Program-made: the position numbers and the translations under genes
Assembly: GCA_016748015.1 (NCBI GenBank)
Contig: JAAOMT010000608.1
Coordinates: 186,001-250,000 of the forward strand
Source: Geosiphon pyriformis uo1
Lineage: Eukaryota; Fungi; Glomeromycota
Length of the DNA stretch: 64,000 nucleotides
Direction: 5' to 3'
Shown: positions 26,192 to 39,734 of the stretch, one piece after another
How the letters are laid out: the number at the start of each line of letters is the position of its first letter
Numbering within the stretch: the first letter of the stretch is position 1
Notes under the pieces: model-generated
What the model was told of the DNA's origin: nothing
What the model saw: the letters and a program-made list of their open reading frames with translations, nothing else
Databases searched by the model: none

Positions 26192-26765
26192 CTTTTGATG
26201 CTAAATTTTCCTTATAATAAAAAATACATATTTTATGTCTATCTAGAAATTAATTATTTTCATCTTCATAAATAAAACTTTTAATTTTGAATGAACCTTA
26301 TTGTAATACTATATCCTTTATAGCTAATATTACACCACGATGTTAAAAAATATAAAGTGTGAAATAAAGTATTTCTCTCAAAGTCACTTTTGCTCCATAA
26401 AGTGCTGTGTTCTCTTCAAAAAACCACTTTAAAAGTTCTCTGTGATTTATATTTTTGATCAAAACACGAACTTTTTCATGAAAATGAAATAGATGCCTAT
26501 TTCTTTGAATTGAAAAAAAACCTTAAAACTCCATACATATTAATAATTAGTTTTCTAAATATTCAAAAAATGCTACGATCTGATTATAATAACACTTAAA
26601 GATATATCTTATACTATGCTATTGTATAATATGCTAAATCAAGAGTTGAACCACTACAATGGCTATGGTGCTTCAAAAATCGCAGTTCTGCTTTACAAGC
26701 AGCAGTTATTGCTAAAATTTGCAAAACAGCCTGAAAAGCATTTGTTATAACCATGAAATTATTTG
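26192..26765. repeat. Dispersed repeat copy B (direct repeat of 8645-9100)
   Basis: See copy A. It begins within ~30 bp of the outer end of the inverted duplication. Confidence 0.85.
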
Positions 26766-28029
26766 TCTCCTTCATTATTTCACAAAGCTTGAAAAGTTTT
26801 TCTTTTTATAAATCATTGAATGGTACTATTTGAGTTTAACACTATTATATTCACCCGATTTTTTCAAAATATCAAAAATTTTGTTCAAACTATTTACATG
26901 TTAGCAAACTTCCTGATACTATATATTTTTCTCTAATGTATAAATTACTCAGAATATTTAATTATATTTTTGTATTGTACAAATCAGAACATTAATGAGA
27001 TAAAAATAATGTACAATTTGAATAAGTAAGAATTGAATAATTAAGACTAAATGTAAAACAATAATGTATATTAACTTAATAATAAAAATTAAAAATAATT
27101 TCATACTAATTTTTGGCTCAAATCTCAATTAGTAATAGGCTGAAGCCAAGTAATTTATATTTTGACACTTATAATAGCACATGTGTTGTACTATATCTGA
27201 TTTTTTTCAAATCTCTAGTTTTAGCACCTGTAATTTTAAAACCTTTATGATTCATAAAAGTTAAAATTTCATATTTTTCATAACAATAAAAGTCTGAAAA
27301 GTAAAAAATAAAACACCGACTAACATTTTTTTAAAAGAAAAAATTTAATGTTATCTTTACATATAAAAATTGACTAATAAATTAGAACTACATTAGTAAA
27401 TTCTAAGTTTTTGAAATAAATAGTGGCATATTACCATATAATCAATCAGTTTCGAATAAATGAATTTTTATCTATTTAAAAAACATATTATTTATTAGAA
27501 TTGTCAATAATATAGGAAATCTTGAAATTTTAATCAAGAATTTTGCGAGTATGACAAAAAACAATATAATTATTGGTTTAAATACTGTGTTTGCATATAT
27601 TAAACATAAAGAATGTGAAAAGACTGAAAAATTCCTAGTTTTAAAGATAAACTACTTCAAAAAAAGATCAATGAATTAATTCTTGAATTTAAATAATCTA
27701 TAATATTTAATATAGTTAATTTATTATTTTAAAATTTTTTGTTTAATTATTTTTAATTATTTTATTTCCTTTTATAAAAGTTTTTTTTGAAATTAAAAAC
27801 TAAGTTGAGAATTTATTACATATAATTTTTATTATATAAAACAACGGTAAATTTAATAACTACATCAATTTTAATTGTTGTATTTATTACACTGTACTCT
27901 TGTTGGATCTTTAAATTTCTAGTTTCCCCATACAAAATTTTGAAACTTCGATAGACTCTTTGTATAATTTAAAAATATCTCTTCAACTTCATCTATTAAA
28001 CCCCACTTCACCTCTCGACTGGTTTGAGA

Positions 28030-29150
28030 AATCAAATCAAAAAAAAATATTAAAATTTTTAGTTATGACGAATTTCATAGCATTCAGAGCGGTCTTTAGT
28101 GCCGAATTGAGAAGAGTTGGTAACGATATTCAATTTGTATTGAGATGTTTAAACTAGTTCTCAGATAGTGATGTATTTAGAATGAAAGAATTTATTAAAG
28201 AAGTATGTATTCCGTCTAGATTAACACTTTCAAAACTTAATAGCTAAACCTAGAATAGGTGATCAAAATAAAACATATGTTCATTTTTGAATATGCAAAC
28301 GAAGGAACTTTAATTTAATATTTGTAATCGAACCTTTTTTTCATAAATAGTACTGAAAAATTGCGACTTGCAAGTAAACTGATTAGCAGGATTACCTATC
28401 TTCATGCAGAGAATATTATTTCTAGCGATCTTGTGAGTGAAATCTGAACTTCAATGAAAATTTATTTATTTAATATTTAATTTGAAATATTCATTTATCT
28501 TTTTTATTTTGTATTCCCAAAAAGAAGTCTTCAAATGATTTGATTCAAAATAATTCGATAAAAATTTCGGATCTTGGATTTTCCAAAAAACATAAAAGTA
28601 ATATCTAGTTCATTACTAACTATTTTATGTTGAGCTTCAGTGCGTACTAGATAATAAATAAAAATCTGATATATATGCACTCGGGGTACTTTTATGGGAG
28701 TTATCAAGTGAACATCCTCCATTTTTGAATATAGGGTTTATAGTAAATGGAGTCGAGAAACGCCAATTCGAAATGCTCTAACAAATTATGTTAAACTTTA
28801 CACTGAATGTCAGCATAATTCACCCCAAGTTTGTCAATCTATAGTTCAAGCTCTTAACTGCCTTGGGGAAATTAAATGGACATTCAGTTGTCCTTTTCAA
28901 AGAAAAATAGATGGGAACAATGAAAAATGGAGAAAAAGCATTTGAATTCTACATGAAAGCAACAGAGGCGGGAAATATAAATGAACAATATAATCTTGGA
29001 CTTTGTTAATTGAAATAAATGAGGAACAACGAAAAATGTTGAAAAAGCATTGGAACTCTATTCAAATGCAGCGGAAATGAAAAATTTAAATGCACAGAAT
29101 ATCTTAGGTGGCTTTATGAAAATGAATCGAAACCAAGAAAAACTTCAAGA
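28030..29150 (+). pseudogene. Tyrosine-kinase-like protein kinase + Sel1-repeat pseudogene
   Basis: Ordered kinase motifs EFIKEV, EYANEGTL, YLHAENII, KISDLGFSK, KSDIYALGVLLWELSSEHPPF, RETPI, YVKLYTEC. These are followed by Sel1-like GTMKNGEKAFEFYMKATEAGNINEQYNLGLC*. Multiple stops and frameshifts. Confidence 0.9.
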
Positions 29151-31248
29151 ATTGTTTGAAATTCTTTCACATTAATAGTATAACCTTTGGTCTTTTTTAA
29201 GAAAGAGATATTACTTTTATGTAGAATATTTTTGAGACCTTTAATTTATTACAGAAATTCAATTAAAAGCTCTAAAATTTGAATAAAGAATGAAGACTTG
29301 TTTTTTTTTTTTAAGAATCTTTTAAATATACTCAGTTTTAAGGTTTTCTTTTCAATTTTTTAAATTTATTATATTAAAATTAAATTAAATTTTTGAATTT
29401 TTTGAAAATTACATTTTTTTATTCTCAGAGTATCACAAATCTTGCAAAAACATTTTTGAATCATCTAAATATATTTAAGATTTGTCAGTTTATTACTAAT
29501 TGCTCATTAAAAATTAACTTGAAATTTATTTAAGCCTTAGTATTTACAATAATTTTTTACTTTCTTTAAAAATATTCACAAGTTAATTGACATGAAACAT
29601 GATATATTAAAGAATTGACTTGAACTCTCAGAGGAATATTTTTATCATGATAATAATTAAATTTGATTTTAAAACTATTAATTTTTAATTAAATATATTT
29701 ACACTTTATAATAATCATTCCCATTTTTTAATATTTAACTGAGTTGATTATCATTATGAAATATCATAATGAAATACTTATCACAATATTAGTAAAATTA
29801 TAATTTTCAAAGCCTCAAAACTATAAGCGATATTAATTTAGCCATTATAAGATTTAATATTGCTTGGAGGGTTATAGTGTTTCATACAGAGTATTGCAGC
29901 AATTGGAATGAAAATTCTTAAATTGTGAAATTTATTGCTTTATTTGTTGGGAAAGCTTTCATAAATAGAAGTTTCCTTAGCAACAAAATTTTACATTATC
30001 CTTTATCAGAATTTTTTTAAATATATATATATATATATATGACTATATGTTATGATAATAATACAAATAATGGAATTGGCTATCTTTACTTATTAGTCAT
30101 GTATTATAAAAAAAAGTTTTTTCCCTTGATTATAGAAATATTTAATATATATATCAATATTTTTACTTTTACTAATTAATATTCTATCGGAAAGGGTTAT
30201 TGCTAATTGATATTTAAATCGATCTTTTTGATTCAAAGAAATCACCAGTTTTTGATTTATAAAAATTAATTATTTTTTAAACCTTCAATTGTTTGCATCG
30301 ATTAACCGTTTCAAAATAATACTCTAGGGTCTATCAATTGGAAATCGTACTTTCTAAAAAATAACACTAAGATAATCTTTAATGATATCGGGGTTTTTTC
30401 TAGTGTCGTGTGCTTAGATATTTTCCATGATTATTTGTGTAAAACATTTGAATCGTAATACTTTTTTTATTATTCTTTCGGTGTTAATTATTTTGTCGAG
30501 GGATCATTAGAAGAATAATAATCGACATCATGAGGAGATTAGTGATCAATAAAGACGTCAGAAGGTCATGTTCTCGATCTCTCTTCTCCTCTCTTCAACA
30601 ATTTGTAATTCAATTGTTTATCCTTTACTAAAACTTTTCACGTGAATTGTATAAACCGGCGAAGTAACTGACAATAGGGAAGGTTGGTAAACATAATAGC
30701 CAGTTGATGTAATACTAGATTTTTTGGTCTGATATTGAAGTTCCTGACTTCTTTTTTATTTTTGCAGATCTTTAGAACTGAAGCCAGGCTACCTGCTCTG
30801 ATGCGGACCGTGTACCCTTCTCGCAGTTTAAATTATTTAGGAACATTTTTTTTGTGAAATCCGAGATATTAAAATAAAAAGAATTGGGTAAAAATGTGTA
30901 TGAAACCAAAAAAAAATTATTTTATTTATAGTTAGTGAAGTCTTAAAACATTTATAATTATCTTTAGTTTCTTTCGTTCGTTAACTGATTCGGTCATAAT
31001 TAACTGAACGCGATAAAAATTTATTTAAATAGCGAAAAATAAAAATTACATTAAAATGTATTTTATTTACTTTTAGCAATCTATATTTCTTCAATAACGA
31101 GATATTCAAATCTCGCAATTGTTTTTTTTCGTTTTCAGTTTCTTCTTTGAGCAATTGTAGATCATCAATTAACAGTCATTATAAAAAAATTCATAAAATT
31201 CAATCACAACTGTTCTTAATGGCCTAATTTTGGCCGTCAGTAATAAAA

Positions 31249-32673
31249 TTATCGATATGTTCGTAGAGGATTATTTGAAATGATAGTTTCAGAAAACCCC
31301 GTCATCCCTTCCTGACAATTCCTAAAAATAATACCAAAATAAGGACCTCTATGTACCTTAGGGTTGTCATAATTCAATTTCCCCGCGTTGCATTCCTGTT
31401 AAATCACATAAAAATCTTGTTTAGCGTGTAATATACGATATTCAAATTCATTAAATAGATCAAGCAATTACTTACTGGATTTTCATAGTAAACCTTACTT
31501 CCTTGTACAAATCCTTCACATCTATATACTTCCAGGGTTTCTGCAAAATTTTTATCTGTACAATCACAATTTAGATTTATCCAGTATTCAGTATCATGAT
31601 GGATGAAAGACCTTTGTCTTGGCATATAGTGGGAATTATAATCATTTGTGTGCGTCACTCTATAAACCTTAAGCTCTTTTTGTGAGTTCACAAAATTAGC
31701 GAAGGTTTTCAGTCCAGTACGTGGTTGTCCGTAAGTGATGACTTTTAAAAAATATTTTGAAAGGTCTACACCTTTTCTTTTATAAATTTCTAAAATTCCT
31801 AAAGCGGCTAGAATAGCGTAGGCTATAAAAAAAAGTGAAATCGATTAAAAAACTTGGAGTTTTTTGTCGTCTAAACTTCAAATTGACACCTACAGCCACC
31901 AATGCCATGCCCAGTAAAACTTATATTCACTTCTTCGTTTTTGTCGTTACGAAAATAGGATATTTTCTTAAAAAGAGGAAGTATTATTTTTTTTACATTA
32001 TTTCCCCATTCTTCATCAATTGAAATGTATGTAGAACTTGAATCGGGTCTGTAAGTAGAAACAATTGTTTTTCTTTTTTCCCAGGCTTCTTGGCTCAATT
32101 CTTCAGTAGAGCCAAAAAACGCAACAAGCTCTCTGGTTTCAGAATCCATTACAACATCAACTATAATAAATAAAAATAATTAGAAAAATATTAGTTTAAA
32201 AAATTCGTAATGAGGGTCATGGACTTGCCTTTTACACCGGGAAAATCTTCACTACCAATATTTTCATCTTTACAATGAGCCCAATTGGCATAACGGGCCA
32301 TTTTTGCGAGAAATTCTAGTGTTGTAACATCTGTGACCAACATCTTTCCCTGGCTTTCCGTATTTCTTTTAGTAAGAGCCACGTTCTGTGCTTTATCCAT
32401 TTGATCTATTGGATCCATGAAATTCGGTTTTGAAAGGTTCAAATGCCATGATTGTGAATTTACTTGATAAGAATTCAATATCTTAAAATCCCCGAAAATT
32501 TGGATTGAATACTTTAAGATCAAATATAAAATGAGCATTGAAAGTGCACAAAAATTGATCTGTCTATGACGTTGAGTTTTGATTTTTAACAATACAGGTC
32601 TAATGATATCCATCAACTTGAGAGATTTTCTCGTAAGAGGTATCATATTATTTTTTTCAACGCGGGCTTGCAT
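31249..32673 (-). CDS. Class 3 lipase-like protein L4, catalytic Ser replaced (GHGIGG), 401 aa
   Basis: Exons 32673-32229, 32160-31894, 31822-31476, 31395-31249 (1206 nt). Intron 1 has a GC donor (G|GCAAGT). Motifs YANWAHC, VAFFGST, FTGHGIGG, TYGQPRTG, THTNDY, EYWINLNCDC, VHRGPYFG. Confidence 0.9.
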
Positions 32674-32999
32674 AATGAGATGATGAGAACAACAAAATTA
32701 TTGATGAAAATTTCCTGGAATCTAAAGGAATGAACTTCAACCTAGGCTCTACTAATAAAAAAATAATTTCCCACGCAATGAAAGTCAGGTGGAGATCATC
32801 GAAAACATTGACCTTTAATTCGAATGAGAATCATGAAAGGTATACAGTTCTCTTTAGAAATTACAGTATGAAATTTCGTCTTCATTTACTCATACAAAAG
32901 AAAACAGACAGACAATAACAATCGAATAATAAAAGAAATTAACAAACTAAAAGGATTTCATCTTCTTATTAATATATACATAAGCACAATATCTAAACC

Positions 33000-34900
33000 A
33001 ACAATTGCATAGTTTAAATACTCTCAATTTCTACTTTTTTAAAATCAAAAGTTTTATTTTTTCAACTAAAAAAGATAAAATTTTTATGAACAAATTTTTT
33101 ATTGGCATTAGAAAAGTTTAATCTAAATAAAAATTTAGTTTACCTTTGTAAAAAATTAAGACATAATGTTATACTATTTAATAGTTATAAAATATATTTA
33201 TAATTTAAAAACTATAAAAAATAAAATAAAATATTATTTTTTAATTAAAACTTTTGATTAAAAATGGAATAATTTAATATTAATATTACTTATTTAGTGC
33301 CAAATTTTAGAGTACCAATTTTTATATTTAAATAAAAAGTGTAATTAGAACAATACATTTCAAATTTTAAAAAATTGTAATTGAATATTTTAAAGCAATT
33401 TAAAATCAATAAAATAAGTAGATTTCAAAAAAAACTGGAAAAATAATATATTTTTTTTTAGTTTGTTTTTGTTGTAAAAATACTAGCTAAATTTCTTAAA
33501 ATTATAATAATTTGGTTTTACTATTACCAATTTTCAAAATAAAAATCTTTAAAATAATAAAAACCACAATTACATTGATTTTTTAGAAAAAAATTTATAA
33601 ACACATTATTTTATATTACTTTTGAACAATTAATAAATTGTTCTGCAATTTTACAAAAGCTTTTGATTCCCAAAGAAATTATTTCAAAAAATAATAATTA
33701 TTTTGATATAGCTGGATATACAAATAACAGTAATATTATTTTATTATTTAAAAATTTTAAAATTTAACCCTCAAAATATAAAAAACAATTGATTATAATT
33801 AAGTATTGCTATAAAAATATTTTTTTAAACGCGAAAAAATTGTTAAATTAGTTTTTATAACTTTTATCAACAATAAAAAGCTTTTTGAACAATATGTAAA
33901 CTAAAAAAATAAATCAAGTTAATTAAAAAACCTATTTGTTAATTTATTATAATATATTATAACAGATATTTGCTAACAGCTTGAAAAAAAGCTTAATAAA
34001 ATTATAGCAACATAATTTTGATGGCAAATATCAAATTTTTTATTTCTTTAATAATAAATATAAAAACTTATTTATTTATTTATTACAAAATTTAAAACTG
34101 ATTAGTTTATTTATCTATTTTAAGATTTAATTTTTCTATTGCCACAATATTAAAAAAAAAATAAAACAAATAGAAAAAAAATTAGATATATATTTTATGA
34201 GTTAAGATAAAAAGCCAACAAAAAGAATTTTAACAAAAGTTTTAAAGCCTAGCTGTCATAATTTTATGTTTCAATTGGCATTTTGAAATTTAATGACAAA
34301 TATCAATTATTTTCAACAGTTTTTTATTCAATTAATTATAAATTAAAAATATAATCTAATTTTATGACTAAATATTTGAATAAAATCAGATAAGTTTAAA
34401 GTTAATAACTAATAATTATTTAAAAATAAGATGGTTAAATATTTAACATTAATGGTTAATACACAATTGATATAAATAAATTTAACTACTCTAATTAATT
34501 AGTATATAATCATTAACTGTAACAATATTATTTTTATTTTTATTAAATATACATATTATTAAATTCTTACATTGTTTTTCTAATACTTTATTTTTTTAAA
34601 ATGGTTTAAAACTGTTAAAATAAATCTTTACAAATGTTTAAAATAACTTTTAAAAATAACAAAATAATTAAGATAAGATTTTTTGCCAGTATGTTTAAAA
34701 GATGACTTTATTACATTATGAGCTTTAATATCATTTTATTACTTTTGGCATTTTTCTCAATAAGGTGTTATTAGGTCCTTTTATTTATTTAAAATTGATT
34801 ATCAACGTTATTATTAAATGAATTTGGTTTTAAAATTATTATCAGAATTTTTCAAACTTCAAGAAAAATCCTTTTTTTTCAGCTTAAATTTCATTTGGTC
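33000..34900. other. AT-rich, CpG-poor block (probable decayed repeat DNA)
   Basis: No ORFs and almost no CG dinucleotides, with sharp transitions to the flanking genic DNA. Confidence 0.5.
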
Positions 34901-35170
34901 TCATGCTTTATGCTGAAAAGATATTTATTCTTGGGTTAAGGCCTTTGCTGACTAATGTTTTTAAAATTAATGTTCAACTTTTGCCTATCATAGAAATAAT
35001 TCAGAATTGAAAGATCTCAATTCAAGTGAAAAGGATTGAACATGAATATGGTAATTTCATGATGCTTATTAATGGTATAACATCAGTTGAGGTTAAATAA
35101 AAATGTAATAGTGAAACTTAATTACAAACTTATAAAAATAAATTTAAAAAAAATCTAAAATATTTATCAT

Positions 35171-37916
35171 TCAGGATATCCTTTGGATATTCGATGACGT
35201 TCTTTGAGCCTCTTCAATAAGGAATGGATCATTCGACGATAGCCTGATACTCCCATCTCGAAGATAACGTTTGGTATTTTCTTCAATATGTGGAAGAATG
35301 TAATTATAATTGGCCATGATACCAAAGGATTGTTGGAATCCTTTATCTTTTTCCGCAACAAATTAACGCAATTATTAAGGCATATATACAAGATTAAATG
35401 AGCAAAAAGGATGGAAGCTTAGGTTTTTATACATACCGGACATATCTCCGAGCCAATTAAGCTGGTGCACACAAGCACCGTTGCGTATGTGGAAGTTTGC
35501 TGAATTTTTAATAACACAAAATGAACAAGCAGAATTCAAAAGTATCGAATTAACAAGAACAAATAAGTACATACCAACCGGATCAAGAGCCAGTGCATTA
35601 CGTTTCTCACTTAGAATGTATCTTTGTATTCACAAGCAGATCAGTTAAAGGAATTCAATGTAAAATAAAGGAGATTTCCAGCAAATACATACCTAGCGCA
35701 TAATCTTAATAAAATTGGTTTTAAAATCTCAATAGTATTTTTGTCTTGACCCCAATCATTTGTCGACAGGAAATTTTTGATATTGTTTGCAAGATCAATG
35801 TTTGCTGAAAAACAAGGGGACTCGGATAAAAGTATTTTTAGATTTGTCTTTTCACCAAGCAAGAATATGTTTGACCCTTCTATATTTAAAGTCTCCTCTA
35901 GCCACCGCCGGAAGCCTGGTATTGGACTTATGGTCGAGAAAGTATGTATATTGGGAAACTCTGTTTGCAATTCAATAACTACCCGTTTGATTAAAAAATT
36001 CCCTAATTGAATTCCGGTAAGGCCTGGTTGACTGGTAATTGAATAGAAAATGGCGCATTGAACTTCTTCAGCAGAGTAGAGAATATGATGGTTCAGAATA
36101 GACTAGCAAAAAATCAAACTCCAAATTAATGAAAGGGCCAAATAAAAGCTTTAGTAAAATATTTGAAATCCATATCATACCTGAACATTTTCCACAAGGT
36201 TTTTGGTCAGTGCTACCTGTAGAAAAACAAGAGGCTCGTTTGGTATGGGCCGATAATAATAGGCAAATATACGCCGACCTAGATTTAAGATTATGTTAGA
36301 ATATTAGTTTTAGTCGTACTATATGCAATTTGAAAATGTTCATGAATGAAATACTCGACCAGGTCCAACTCGTCTATGTTACCAATAATAGAAAGGGAGT
36401 TTTAAACCATGATTTTCCGCAAATATCATTACAAAACTCTAGACTTAACCTTTTTAGATCTTTCCAATCTTTTATCGGGTGAACGCGTTCATAATTTTTT
36501 ATCTGAACATCAGAGATATAAATACGTGCGTCATTGATTATAAAATTGTGAAGGTAAATAATCTCTAATTGATCTTATTAATGAATCTGGCTCTTTAGAT
36601 ACCTTTTCTAAAAGGACTGCAGGGGAATTCCATGTTACTCTTTCAAGTTCAAGAAACCCAACAAGCAATCCTTTTAGCTTTCTGCGTAATGTTTCATTCA
36701 CCTCTGATAGATAAATATCGTCTTTTTCTTGCAAAAAATTCTAGGAGAAAAAAGAATTAAATGAGAATAAATGAAGGAATAAATAAATATCTAAGAATAC
36801 ATACTAAAACGTCAGAACGTATATTCATCAAAAACTTAGTTCCTTCTGGCAAAAGATTAACCCGATTAAAAAATGTATGGTACAATGGTACGAGAATATG
36901 TCGTAAGATTTGAGCAGCTCGAAGATTTGCCTGGACGGACTATTCATCAATGAATACTTTGAGAATAAAAGAATCGTTCATGGACTTTTTACGATGTTGG
37001 CCTAAAATCCGTATTAAATTGGGTGCAGAATAAATAGATATTACAGAATTTCACTATGAATACCTTATCGTCATTCAGAGTACTGATGTATGTCTGTGCA
37101 GCTTTCAATGACTCCTCCTTGGACACTCCTATTTGAGAATTGAATTTGGGTTTCAACAATCATAAATTAAGTTTCAGAATAACTATTAAATATCCCACAG
37201 TCATAAGCAAAATAATAGGTCTATTACCGAAATCCGAAACCAATACTTTTATGAATAATAATTTTCCCTCCTAAAATTCAGAATTTTCATTAAAAGCCCA
37301 ATTTCTAGAGCAAATGATCAAGCGATATATATGTACCTTGTCTAGATGTTCATACATCTCGCAGGTTTTTTTTGCCAAGATGCTGGGTAATAAATCTTCT
37401 TCGGTCCGTTTCCTTGCAATGGCTCCGGAAATCAGTTTGTGCATAAATTTTGGATCCTTCAAAGTAAAACGAGAAGTTGCACTTTCAAAGGAAAATAACC
37501 CTGTATGAAATGGCCGCGTAAACAATGTATTTTGAGCTAACCGGGGAGGAAATAAGCGAAAATACGATATAGAAAATACCTGGCTCATGAATATAAGAAT
37601 CGATGTCATTCCAAGAGTCTTCGATGAAGTTTGCTTCTAAGGATTTAGAAAGAGGTTTTCCGCTTAGATTTGTTTTTTCAACAGAATTTGAATCATTGGC
37701 CGAAAGATTTCTGTGGTAAGTAGTGCTGATAAAGCTTTTGTCGTTTTTTAATGACATAAGGGGAATTTGCTTGAAAAACTGATAAAATGGCACATTAGTG
37801 AGAATGAAAGATCAGTTGCCAGCAGTTAGAAGATAATGAGCAAATCATACTTGAGATGAATACCAAGGAGGTCTAAAGAAATATTTGGTAGAACGGATGA
37901 TTGGCGAGAAAGACAT
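35171..37916 (-). CDS. MLYCD: Malonyl-CoA decarboxylase, multi-exon, probable mitochondrial presequence
   Basis: Family motifs FLELERVTWNSPAVLLEK, VHPIKDWKDLK, EPLVFLQVAL, AIFYSIT, NLGNFLIKRVV, TFSTISPIPGFRRWL, ANFHIRNGA, LNWLGD, SFGIMANYNY. Exon 1 (37916-37851, MSFSPIIRSTKYFFRPPWYSSQ) splices in frame to FFKQIPLMS. Stop TGA at 35171. Confidence 0.93.
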
Positions 37917-37990
37917 AATAATATAACGCATGCGTGCAGGAAAACTAATACCACAGATCTATTCCTGATTTAACGATCAAAAAACCTGAA

Positions 37991-38271
37991 TTACGTAACG
38001 CTAACGAAAGATGGCAAATATGGCTTGCAATGCATTAACAAAAGAAAACTATCGTGACAACTCTAGGGTTTTTGATAAAGCGATATGTCATAATTACAAA
38101 TAAAGCAATTTTGAAAGTTTTATCCTGTACAAAAAATAGTTTATTTTTATACTCATTATGAAAAATCAATTTTAATTATTTCCTAAATTTTCCAATATGT
38201 AATATGTTGATATTTATGGATTTTTTCGAAATATTTTTAATATTTGGGACATGTTGTAACATTTGACGTCA
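37991..38271. promoter_or_regulatory. Candidate bZIP sites upstream of malonyl-CoA decarboxylase (TTACGTAA 37991-37998; TGACGTCA 38264-38271)
   Basis: Two perfect ACGT-core palindromes, ~75 and ~350 bp upstream of the ATG, in a locally CpG-retaining stretch. Function is inferred only. Confidence 0.3.
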
Positions 38272-39734
38272 TATAATGTGGCTTGGTGTGGCCTGAAAAA
38301 TTTTTTGTTGACCAAGCGCGTTATTATTCAAGAAAGTAAATATAGTATAAAACTGGTGATATTTATCAAAACTTTGAAACCGATCAAACCGCTGGCAGCA
38401 AACCGAATATACACTGTCAGATTTTCTTCAGTATGCTGACGCGACCAAAAACTTGATGCCAAAATGGAAGCAACAAAGTAGCTGAACATAATTCGTAAAT
38501 TTATCCAAGGTGAAAGGATTCTGGCAGAAGAAAAGTACACAAAACCTTGTTCAGTATAGCCAGATTAATAAGTGGTCTGGAAACTTATTTTAAAAAAATT
38601 TCATAATTGCAAAAGTTTCAGCGCTTTCTTGTAATTAAAAGTAAACTTGAGTTTTCAAAAGCCCAAATTATAAATAAATTTTCCAGAAATTCAAGTTACT
38701 AAAGACCAATAAATTTAAGGCTTCAAAAGATATAGAAAAAAAAATTAAAGCTCTATTGTTTCCAGTACTTGTACCTCTTTTTATGAAATATGAATAGCAA
38801 GAGTATCTGCACCTCTTTGTCAAAGATGAATAATTTTCATGCTTCTGTTTATTCAAAATTTGTCAGGTCATATTAAAATAAATATAAAATGCAGGATAAT
38901 TTCAACTGTCTTTATTGTTAAATTCGAAATTAACCAAAAAATGTTCAAAATAACTTATAATTGAGATGAAGTATTTAAAAACAAAAATATAAATTATTTT
39001 AGAAGAAAAATCAAAAAAAAATTACATAATCTGTAAAAACCTTGTTTTCTTTTACATAATCTTGACTATCCAGAATAGTTTTTTCAGTTAATTTTTAGCC
39101 CAAAGCCCACATAAATAGTAATCATCAAAGGACACATTGATGATTTAAGAGAAGTGATAAGTAGATATGTTTTCTATGCTCAAAGAGATAACATTACAAA
39201 GATTGATAATTTTTATTTTTTTATTTTTTTATTATCCTCTTGGATATTTTTTTTAGAGATTCCTGTTGGAGAATTGTTTGGACAAAACATTCCCTTAACA
39301 TTTTTACATGCAAGTAATGATCAAGTATAAAAAGTAAAGTTAGTACTAATTTATTAGTAAATCTACTGAAGAACAAGTCAAAAAAATTCAAGAAGTTCTT
39401 CAACCTCACCAAGATGACATTGTTAACGAAAAAAATAAAAAATAAATACTTTGGCGCAAAATTAAGAGATTTTTAGTTTGAAGCGAAAGATTATCTCATC
39501 TTTTAATATTAAAAACATGGGTAACTAAGGTTAAGATATGCATTAAATGTCATATTGATGACTTTAAATGAAAATTTTTTAACAATATTATTAAAATTAA
39601 CTTCCTTACTATAAATTTGGAAATTGACCCCAAATTAAATTATAGAATATAAGATTTTACCATGAAATCTTAGCATTCATAATTTCTGCCTTTATTTAGC
39701 AAAGGTTGAAAGTCCAAGAGAGCGTTTGAAGGAA

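Noticed and set aside
30490-30840. GC-richer patch with GGGATCATTA (like the 18S rRNA 3' end or U3 box A)
   Set aside because: Only a ~9-nt match with no flanking rRNA or snoRNA structure. A small ncRNA or micro-exon gene cannot be excluded.
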